A DNA stretch of 64,000 bases from Turneriella sp. GTDB lineage: Bacteria; Spirochaetota; Leptospiria; Turneriellales; Turneriellaceae. The translations under genes were made by a program, and so were the position numbers. A model generated the notes under the pieces. The model was not told where the DNA came from, searched no databases, and saw only the letters and a program-made list of their open reading frames with translations. Shown here in pieces: positions 57,475 to 64,000 of this stretch (the stretch's first letter is position 1; each line of letters begins with the position of its first letter). The stretch lies in assembly GCA_965279515.1 (NCBI GenBank), contig CBDIID010000003.1, positions 32,001 to 96,000 on the forward strand, written 5' to 3'.

Positions 57475-58675
57475 AATGTTCCCGTAGAAAATACGAAGCC
57501 CTGCTTAAAAAATCCTCCTGATTTGGTGTAAACAAATAATTGTTCCGATCGATGTGCCCCAAAAGCAGACTCCCAAAATAAACCTCGATCTGCATGTCCG
57601 CCATGAACCTCAGTCCGATCGGGTAGCCGTTAAAGGAATTGCCGATAAATATCCGGTGTTGTTTGTAGTTGGTGTAACCGCGGTCATTTACGATGCGCAC
57701 GATGCAATCCTCAGGGTAGGCGGGTACTAGATCGCCAGTGTAGGAAATTTCAGATGGTCGGTAGAACTCTGCCGGCGTCCTCATATGCAAGGCTTCATGG
57801 GGGCGTTCATTGTTGAAATCATGGCGCCACTGATCAAATGAAATCTGGTGCAGTTTCAGATCGCCGCGAATGCGCCCCTGCAGTTCCGTGCGGATGTCTC
57901 TGTGCATACGCTCATGTCCGCCATTCTGCGCTGGCTTTCCCGGATCAATGCGGTCCAGAGAAATTCCCAACGACAGCCACCAGACTGACAATTTTGTCAG
58001 GCCAAAGAGTCCCCACGATGATGCGAAAGGAGTTCCGTTGTCAGAGCGAATAATTTCCGGCAGACCATAGCGTTTGAAGAGTCTGGCAAAGTGTTGTTTT
58101 ACATTGGAAATATTGCCCTTTTCCAGTATCTGTATCGACAGGATGTACTTACTGTACTCATCGCGAACTGTCAGTGGTTCGCATTTCTCTGCATGTGCAG
58201 TGTACCACCAGCCCTTGAAGTCAACCGTCCATAAGTGATTGGGATGCTTCGCCTTTTCGCGAAGCATCAGCCTCTCTCCGGTTCTGCGGCGCTTCTTTCC
58301 TCTTGGCCTTGTCAGACCAGAGCGTGCCAGAAGCCGATCGACTGTAGGAACTGAAATATCGCCTTTGCGCTCCGGGTAAAGCCTGCAGAAAACCGCATAG
58401 ATCTTCTTGGCTCCCCAGCGCGGCCGGTTATTCTTTATGCGAATAATATCGCAGATTGTTTCTTCGTCAGTGCGGTTCGGATTGCCTCCTGGTTTTCGTG
58501 ATAACTCCGCCAATCCGGCTAAGCCTTTTTCCAGGAACCTTGCCTTCCACTTGTACCCTGTCTTGGTGCTGATACCAAACTCGCGGCACAGCTCTGTGAA
58601 ACTCTCTACGCCCTCCAGGGCGCGAAAGACAAAAGATCTTTTCTCTTCCATTTTGGTAACCTCTTTCCACGGCAT
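57395..58675 (-). CDS. IS481-family DDE transposase (C-terminus reads through into the neighbouring gene antisense)
   Basis: MPWKEV, ELCREFGIS.KTGYKW..RF, WTVDFKG, IRSDNG.PF, P.QNG.HER.HR, ERPHEAL...TP. Confidence 0.92.
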   Translation of the reverse strand: MPWKEVTKMEEKRSFVFRALEGVESFTELCREFGISTKTGYKWKARFLEKGLAGLAELSRKPGGNPNRTDEETICDIIRIKNNRPRWGAKKIYAVFCRLYPERKGDISVPTVDRLLARSGLTRPRGKKRRRTGERLMLREKAKHPNHLWTVDFKGWWYTAHAEKCEPLTVRDEYSKYILSIQILEKGNISNVKQHFARLFKRYGLPEIIRSDNGTPFASSWGLFGLTKLSVWWLSLGISLDRIDPGKPAQNGGHERMHRDIRTELQGRIRGDLKLHQISFDQWRHDFNNERPHEALHMRTPAEFYRPSEISYTGDLVPAYPEDCIVRIVNDRGYTNYKQHRIFIGNSFNGYPIGLRFMADMQIEVYFGSLLLGHIDRNNYLFTPNQEDFLSRASYFLREHSMVVQRSRYHCNKHRQTSTSYRPSRH

Positions 58676-58770
58676 TCGGTCCTCCTGCCGCAGGCAGGCT
58701 AGAACCCTTTGCGGAGCAAAGTGTTACCGATGTCTTGATAGAAATGTGTTACCTATGTCGTGATAGTACC
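57475..58770 (-). mobile_element. IS481-family insertion sequence, right end apparently lost
   Basis: Left end GGTACTATCACGACATAGGTAACAC with a second ACATCGGTAACAC copy. No matching right end found. Confidence 0.8.
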
Positions 58771-58849
58771 ATCTTTGCCGCGAAGACCCGAGCACGCGAC
58801 CCAGCCGAAGGCGATCGCCGCGCAGCGCGTAAAATTTGTTGTCTGAAGT
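58771..58849 (-). repeat. attC-like site 1, truncated by IS481
   Basis: Matches the right part of the 61000-61213 and 63227-63442 elements, ending in GTAAAATTTGTTGTCTGAAGT. Confidence 0.75.
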
Positions 58850-58888
58850 AATTGCGCCTGTGAGCCCGGGCAGGGATGGCCGGGCGAC

Positions 58889-59707
58889 TCAGAAGCCGTA
58901 ACCTATAGATACAGTTAGATGGATGTCATGCACAAAAGAATTTCTACCAATATCAGGCCAAACCTCTGCATTCGAAAATAGATACGTTAATTGGTAATAA
59001 AGATTAAATCTAAACTGCCAGCTATACCAGAAGCGACCTGTCATGCCCACGCCAACACGCGCAGTCGGGCCATGAACAAATACGCTAGTTGGGGCAGTTG
59101 TAATTTGTGTTTGTCCATTTGGTGCCCCAAGCGCCGAGATAAGACTATTATAACCTGCGTATGGATAATAAGAACCTAAATCATACCCAACTTGGCCCAG
59201 AAGATCGAAAGAACTAAAGCCACTCCCGGGATACAAATGTATCTCCTTACCAATCAGTAGTGTATGGAGCGAAACAATCAAGCTATCAGAAATATGTTTA
59301 AAGTTCGAAGTATCGGTACAATACTGGCCGCAATAGCTAGTCTTACCCGCGTTAATGCGTTGGAGTTGGGAACGATACAGATAAGAAAGCAATGTTGACC
59401 ATCGTTCTGATTCGTAAGCTTGATAGTTAATGCCAAATACAAGGGTAAAAATAGTCGCATCAGCTGACTGCTGAGAACCATTAGGTACTGCGGTGGAAAC
59501 CCCCAATGCATTTGTATACTGATTCTCTCGAGTATAAATGCCACCGATTGCTGTGCCGATGCCAAACTCAAGAATAATATTATTCTGAGGAAAGTTAGAT
59601 TTAGCTTCTTGTGAAGTTTTCTCGACTCTTTTCTCAATCGCTTCTATTTTCGCAACGATAAAAGCGGAAAATACGACGATACAGACAAGGAAGAAAAATC
59701 TCACCAT
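58889..59707 (-). CDS. Cassette-borne exported/outer-membrane beta-barrel-like protein
   Basis: Low-GC ORF with N-terminal hydrophobic signal, amphipathic strands and C-terminal GYGF. Confidence 0.7.
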   Translation of the reverse strand: MVRFFFLVCIVVFSAFIVAKIEAIEKRVEKTSQEAKSNFPQNNIILEFGIGTAIGGIYTRENQYTNALGVSTAVPNGSQQSADATIFTLVFGINYQAYESERWSTLLSYLYRSQLQRINAGKTSYCGQYCTDTSNFKHISDSLIVSLHTLLIGKEIHLYPGSGFSSFDLLGQVGYDLGSYYPYAGYNSLISALGAPNGQTQITTAPTSVFVHGPTARVGVGMTGRFWYSWQFRFNLYYQLTYLFSNAEVWPDIGRNSFVHDIHLTVSIGYGF

Positions 59708-59764
59708 TAGGTAAATACAAACTGTTTTACAGATTGTAAAGACAAGGAAATTTTCTGGGGTTTG

Positions 59765-60906
59765 TCTTTAGTCCGGAGACATATGTTACAGTGGGGTTGC
59801 TGAAATAAGCGCCCGCCCTTAAGCGGTTTTTACCACAAAACTAAACTTAAGGGAGCGGGCAAATGTACGATTACCAAGAAGCATATCGGCGCATAAAGCG
59901 CAATTTTCATTACTACAAGGGAGATGTCACAGTCCGTATGCGGGCTATGCAATTGTTAAGGGTGCTACGGACGATTACGAAAGGACGATCCGTAGAACTT
60001 GCCTCTGAACTACAGGGTGTCAGGCGGCAGTATTTTTATTTCTGGCTGCGACGGCTGATTGCCACCGACTATGATTTGCAGAGCCTGAAAGGGCGTTCAA
60101 AAAGGCCACACTGCTCACGTAATGCCAAACCAAAATCAGTTATTCTGAAAGTGAAGGAAATTCGTAAGCTCGACGAATCTGGCGGCCATACCATCGCTTT
60201 GATTCTACGACGTGATTTTGGTATCCGCATCGCCGGTTCAACGGTCTGCAACATTCTGAAACGGGAGGGTATTAGCAAGGTTTATCGCTACCAGAAACGC
60301 AATGAGCACACGAAGCGGTATAGCGTAGAAAACCCTTTAAATACGGTGCAAACAGACAGTGCCTGGACGGGGTTTGCAGACAATCACGGTAACAGGGTTT
60401 ATTATTTTCCAGTGATCGATGATTGTTCGCGGGTGGCGACGGTTCATGTCTGCGATTCAAAATCCGGAGATGAAGCGATCAAAGGGATGCAAAGATTCAT
60501 TGAGGCATTCGGCAAACCAGATCAGGTTCAGACCGATAATGGTGTGGAGTTCACCAATCGATTTACTTCACGCAGAAATGCGAAACGGGAGAAAGACGGA
60601 ACATACGCTTTGTTTGAGCAATTTCTGTTCACACAGGCCATACCACATCGGCTAATCAAGGTTCGGACACCTGAGCATAATGGCAAGGTCGAACGGTTCA
60701 ACGGAACCTTAAAAAGGTTTCTTCAACGCAGGGCCAAAGATGGAATGAGCATCCTCCAATTTCAGACGTTGATTGATCAGCACATGGACTGGTACAACCG
60801 CCGCCGGCCACATTGGTCATTGAACGGGTTGACCCCGCACGAGCGGTTCTATGGAGTCCGCTTGGCAAAAATCGCATAAGTGTACGATATCTCCCCGGAC
60901 TCTACA
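59765..60906 (+). mobile_element. IS481-family insertion sequence with 15-bp target duplication
   Basis: Imperfect 26-bp IRs (TCTTTAGTCCGGAGACATATGTTACA / TGTACGATATCTCCCCGGACTCTACA). Direct repeat ATTTTCTGGGGTTTG at 59750-59764 and 60907-60921. Confidence 0.9.
59863..60879 (+). CDS. IS481-family DDE transposase
   Basis: RSKRPH, VQTD, IDDCSR, VQTDNGVEF, PEHNGKVERFNGT, YN..RPH.SL.G.TP. Confidence 0.92.
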   Translation: MYDYQEAYRRIKRNFHYYKGDVTVRMRAMQLLRVLRTITKGRSVELASELQGVRRQYFYFWLRRLIATDYDLQSLKGRSKRPHCSRNAKPKSVILKVKEIRKLDESGGHTIALILRRDFGIRIAGSTVCNILKREGISKVYRYQKRNEHTKRYSVENPLNTVQTDSAWTGFADNHGNRVYYFPVIDDCSRVATVHVCDSKSGDEAIKGMQRFIEAFGKPDQVQTDNGVEFTNRFTSRRNAKREKDGTYALFEQFLFTQAIPHRLIKVRTPEHNGKVERFNGTLKRFLQRRAKDGMSILQFQTLIDQHMDWYNRRRPHWSLNGLTPHERFYGVRLAKIA

Positions 60907-60999
60907 ATTTTCTGGGGTTTGAAACTCAACAAGAAATATTGATCCAGCTATGTTCACCGCCGACACGAGGTCGGCGAATAACAAAGGCGCAATTATTTC

Positions 61000-61213
61000 A
61001 GACAACGTGGAATTTACCTGAAGTTGAGTGACGCTTCGTTCAACTTTGTATTCTGTAAGGCCATTCTGCGTCACTCAATCTGCCCGAAGCGCCTCGCGGC
61101 AAAGCACAAAACAAGCGTCCCGCTTGTGCTTTGTCCGCGATCTTCGGCGCGCAGGGCCGAGCACGCGAGGAGCTGCGGCACCGCAGCGGCGCAGCAGGTA
61201 AATTTTGTTGTCG
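61000..61213 (-). repeat. attC-like site 2 (~214 bp)
   Basis: AGACAAC-gtgg-AATTTACCTG ... CAGGTAAATT-tt-GTTGTCG terminal stem with branched internal hairpins. Confidence 0.78.
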
Positions 61214-61276
61214 GCAGTACTTGCGGCATTTCGAGGGCAACCTGCAAACCACGGAGGGTTTGCAGGAGTATTTTAG

Positions 61277-62528
61277 CAGTCTCCTGAAAAACTCTTGATT
61301 TTCTGGATTTTCTGTGCGTATATGAAATATGCGCGGGAATAAACCAGATCAAGATGATCTTTATAGTTACATTTCACTCGAGGAGCGGGTGCCGATGTCG
61401 CATCCGCTGCGTCCCATGAGGCAAATTATCGATGATGTGCTCAAAGCAATGAGCAAGAAATTTGATAAGGTTTATTCGAAGACAGGCAGGCCGAGCATTC
61501 CACCAGAGGTACTCGTTAAGACGCTTTTCCTGCAGGTGCTTTATGGAATCCGCAGCGAGCGTCTGGCTTTAGAGCAACTCGATTTCAACCTGCTCTACCG
61601 ATGGTTCGTCGGCATTACCATGAACCAGAAGATTTGGGACGAAACAGTATTCACCAAGAATCGCGATCGGCTCTTTGCTGGTGAAGCACTCGACGCATTC
61701 TTCGCGGCAGTTATCAAGGAAGCAGATAAACGTGGCTTGCTATCACATGACCATTTCAGCGTAGATGGTACGCTAATCGAATCCTGGGCTTCGCTGAAGA
61801 GCTTCAAGAGCAAAGATCACCCGGACAATAATGGCGACGATGGCGATCCGGGCAACCCCAGTGTCGATTTTCATGGCGAAAAAGACGCAATGACACTCAC
61901 CAATCCACGACGGATACACAGGCAAAACTCTATCGTAAAGGCAAGGGTAAAGAAGCACGCCTGTACTACATGGGCCATTTGCTGATGGAAAATCGCAACG
62001 GGCTCGCGGTGGCTGCGAGTGCAACACAGGCCGGATATCACGAAGAACGAACATCTGCTTTACAAATGTTGAAATCATTGAAGCGAAGCGGAAGAATAAC
62101 CATGGGCGGGGACAAGCATTACGACGATCTGGAATTTGTCCGAGACCTTAAATCGATACAGGTCACCGCGCATGTTGCGCAGAATATCCATTCCCGACGC
62201 CATCATAGTGCGATTGATGAGCGGACAACCCGGCATTCAGGCTACGAAGTGAGTCAGCGGAAACGCAAGCGCATAGAAGAGATATTTGGCTGGGCGAAGG
62301 GCTTCAGTACTTTGCGGCGACCGCATTTTCGCGGACTGAAGCGCATTGGCGCATTTTTCAAGTTCGTCATCAGTGCGTATAACCTTATGAGGATACGAAA
62401 TCTATGCCACGGATAGCACCTCTGCGAATGAAAAGACCGGGCGCCCTGAAAACGCACAACCCACCTGCATTTCCTGAGGCGCTAAGTTCCGAAAATTCCT
62501 GCTCTATCCCCCATTTTTCCGGAGACTG
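61277..62528 (+). mobile_element. IS5-family insertion sequence with TTAG target duplication
   Basis: IRs CAGTCTCCTGAAAA / TTTTCCGGAGACTG. TTAG at 61273-61276 and 62529-62532. Confidence 0.92.
61329..62416 (+). pseudogene. IS5-family transposase, frameshifted near 61880
   Basis: GRPSIPPE, FNLLYRWFVG and HFSVDGTLI in the first ORF. Continues in the -1 frame as RRNDTHQSTTD...YMGHLLMENRNGL...RKRIEEIFGW. One A is missing in GAAAAAG. Confidence 0.85.
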
Positions 62529-62951
62529 TTAGATGGTTAAAACCCGTTCATTAAGCACTGATTGCAGCTTCGCGATATTGCGCAATGTCGGATTAGCCTT
62601 CTTAGGGTTCTCAAAATTCTGATAATTCTGGTAAGGAATATTCATTTTGGCTGCCAATTGCTTTTGAGTCAAATTGCGCTTTTTTCTGGCTAATTTAAGC
62701 CAAATAGCAAAGGCTACGTTCTCACTCGGCGCTACCAAATGAATTCCTTTCCCGGCTTTGTGCGATGGCTGAGGAATCTCTTGCTCTCTCAGGTCTATGG
62801 ATTCTAAGTACCCATCCAATGCTTCTTTAGCATGGGTCAAAGCTTCATCCAAGGAATACCCAAAAGTAAGGCAGCCAGGTAAGTCTGGGAATTCAACGCT
62901 AAAAGCGCCTTCTGATTTCGAATGAGTGATTTTCGCCGGATACTTAATCAT
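62529..62951 (-). CDS. hicB: HicB antitoxin with C-terminal HTH
   Basis: YPA.I...EG.F.VEFPDLPGC.TFG.SLDEA...AKEAL, followed by an Xre HTH (LTQKQLA). Confidence 0.93.
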   Translation of the reverse strand: MIKYPAKITHSKSEGAFSVEFPDLPGCLTFGYSLDEALTHAKEALDGYLESIDLREQEIPQPSHKAGKGIHLVAPSENVAFAIWLKLARKKRNLTQKQLAAKMNIPYQNYQNFENPKKANPTLRNIAKLQSVLNERVLTI

Positions 62952-63127
62952 TTTAGCCCACTTTGTTTAAGAATTGCATTCAGAGTTCCTTTCGGGATAT
63001 CTGAATTGCCATGCACCGGCACAACAACGGTTGAGGCGCCTTTCACCATGATGTGATGGGAGCCCTTTATACGATCCAGAACCCAACCGTTTTTTTTGAG
63101 CTTTTTCAATAGCTCCTTGCCTGACAT
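62948..63127 (-). CDS. hicA: HicA toxin (59 aa; not in ORF track)
   Basis: MSGKELLKKLKKNGWVLDRIKGSHHIMVKGASTVVVPVHGNSDIPKGTLNAILKQSGLK, with an ATGA overlap with hicB. Confidence 0.95.
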   Translation of the reverse strand: MSGKELLKKLKKNGWVLDRIKGSHHIMVKGASTVVVPVHGNSDIPKGTLNAILKQSGLK

Positions 63128-63132
63128 CCGGA

Positions 63133-63161
63133 ATAATACACATTATTATATGTATCGTCAA
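63133..63161 (-). promoter_or_regulatory. hicAB promoter with overlapping palindromic operator
   Basis: TTGACG-N17-TATTAT, 5 nt before ATG. An ATACAT-N8-GTGTAT near-palindrome overlaps the spacer. Confidence 0.7.
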
Positions 63162-63226
63162 TCTTTTCCGGGTTTTCCTCTGCGTTCCGAAGCCGCCGAA
63201 ACATGGATGTTTCGGGCAATAATGGC

Positions 63227-63442
63227 ACCTAACTTGGATTTTACGCTGACGTTTTTTGACGCTTGTGTCATTTATTCAGTCTGTAAAGCCGATTTGCGTC
63301 AAAAAATGTGGTCGTAGCGGCTCGCAGTGGCGCGCAAAAGCAAGCGTCCCGCTTGCGCGACATCTGCGATCTTTGCCGCGAAGACCCGAGCACGCGAGGA
63401 GCTACGGCACCGCAGCGGCGCAGCGCGTAAAATTTGTTGGGC
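63227..63442 (-). repeat. attC-like site 3 (~216 bp)
   Basis: ACCTAAC (RYYYAAC)-ttgg-ATTTTACGC ... GCGTAAAAT-tt-GTTGGGC (GTTRRRY). Confidence 0.8.
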
Positions 63443-63507
63443 GACGTCACGGGCCTAACGGCAAAAATATTTGACACAATGTCTTGTGTGAAGTGTTGTG
63501 TAGCTAT

Positions 63508-63708
63508 ATGGCAACGAACTTAGCTATAGACAACAAGCTATTAAATGAGGCTCTTAAAATAGGTCATTTCAGATCTAAAAAGGACACCGTTAATACGGCT
63601 TTGCGTGAATTTATTCAAAAACGACGCCAAAAGGATATCCTGAGTTTGTTTGGAACTATAGACTTTGATTCTAAGTATGACTATAAAAAAGCTCGTAGTC
63701 GGATATGA
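63508..63708 (+). CDS. vapB: VapB-type antitoxin (DUF2191-like)
   Basis: MATNLAID.KLL.EALKIG...SKKDTVN.ALREFIQ.R.Q..IL.LFG. Confidence 0.88.
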   Translation: MATNLAIDNKLLNEALKIGHFRSKKDTVNTALREFIQKRRQKDILSLFGTIDFDSKYDYKKARSRI

Positions 63709-64000
63709 ATATTATTCCAGATACCCCCGTCTGGTCGTTAGTTCTGCGAAGAGATATGCCCAACCGTGAAGTGCAAAACCTGTTTGTCCGATTCATTGAA
63801 GAGGGACGTGTCATCTTGCCCGGTGTTGTTAAGCAAGAACTTCTGTCAGGGGTTAGAAACCAAGCCCAATTTGATGCCTTGGCAGAGCAACTGACTCATT
63901 TTCCGGTAATATTAGCTACAGACGCAGATCACATACTTGCGGCTAAATTTTTCAATAAATGTCAAAAGTCAGGTATCCAGGGCAGCCATATCGATTTCTT
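63705..64000 (+). CDS. vapC: VapC PIN-domain toxin (3' partial; not in ORF track)
   Basis: MNIIPDTPVWS...QELLSG...AAKFFNKCQKSGIQGSHIDF, with an ATGA overlap with vapB. Runs off the window. Confidence 0.9.
   Translation, partial: MNIIPDTPVWSLVLRRDMPNREVQNLFVRFIEEGRVILPGVVKQELLSGVRNQAQFDALAEQLTHFPVILATDADHILAAKFFNKCQKSGIQGSHIDF

Noticed and set aside
61870..61895. Programmed -1 frameshift in the IS5 transposase
   Set aside because: GAAAAAG is not an in-frame X XXY YYZ heptamer, and this IS5 type normally has one ORF. A single-A loss or a sequencing error is more likely.
62967..63161. 64-aa ORF-track protein upstream of hicB
   Set aside because: Wrong frame. The overlapping 59-aa frame is a clear HicA.
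47081..63161. Identical TTGACGATACAT 12-mer at the ahcY and hicA promoters as shared regulation
   Set aside because: Half of it is the -35 box and the palindrome spacing differs. Probably coincidental.
58771..63447. CRISPR array from the recurring CCGAGCACGCGA...GCGCAGC repeat
   Set aside because: Copies are about 2.3 kb apart, ~215 bp long and separated by genes, and there are no cas genes. An attC-like interpretation fits better.

Overview
Chromosomal window from a Leptospiraceae spirochaete, most likely Turneriella-like. This is inferred from gene content (lipoproteins, FapA, split rfaE1, LA_1737-like and LIC_10091-like proteins) and was not checked by search. There are three zones. (1) 1-7600: a visibly lower-GC accessory block of surface lipoproteins with OB-fold, Ig-like and lamin-tail-like modules around an endonuclease I homologue with altered active-site residues, followed by three tiny membrane ORFs. 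(2) About 7600-53700: mostly housekeeping genes (fliS, nrnA-like DHH, pssA, fliQ/fliR, rsmI, ubiE, aspS, rfaE1, ABC exporter, FapA, DegT, M23, NlpC/P60, L,D-transpeptidase, pcnB, ahcY, add, ccmH), a Cys-less thiolase-pair/DUF35 (Ltp3/Ltp4-like) operon, a Cys-rich repeat peptide with a His-motif membrane enzyme, and several palindromic intergenic elements. (3) About 53700-64000: an accessory zone with a large Ig/kelch protein and three insertion sequences. It also holds the most notable feature, an integron-like cassette array with unusually long (~215 bp) branched attC-like sites that delimit an OMP cassette, a hicAB cassette and a vapBC cassette. No integrase, rRNA, tRNA or CRISPR array is seen in the window.
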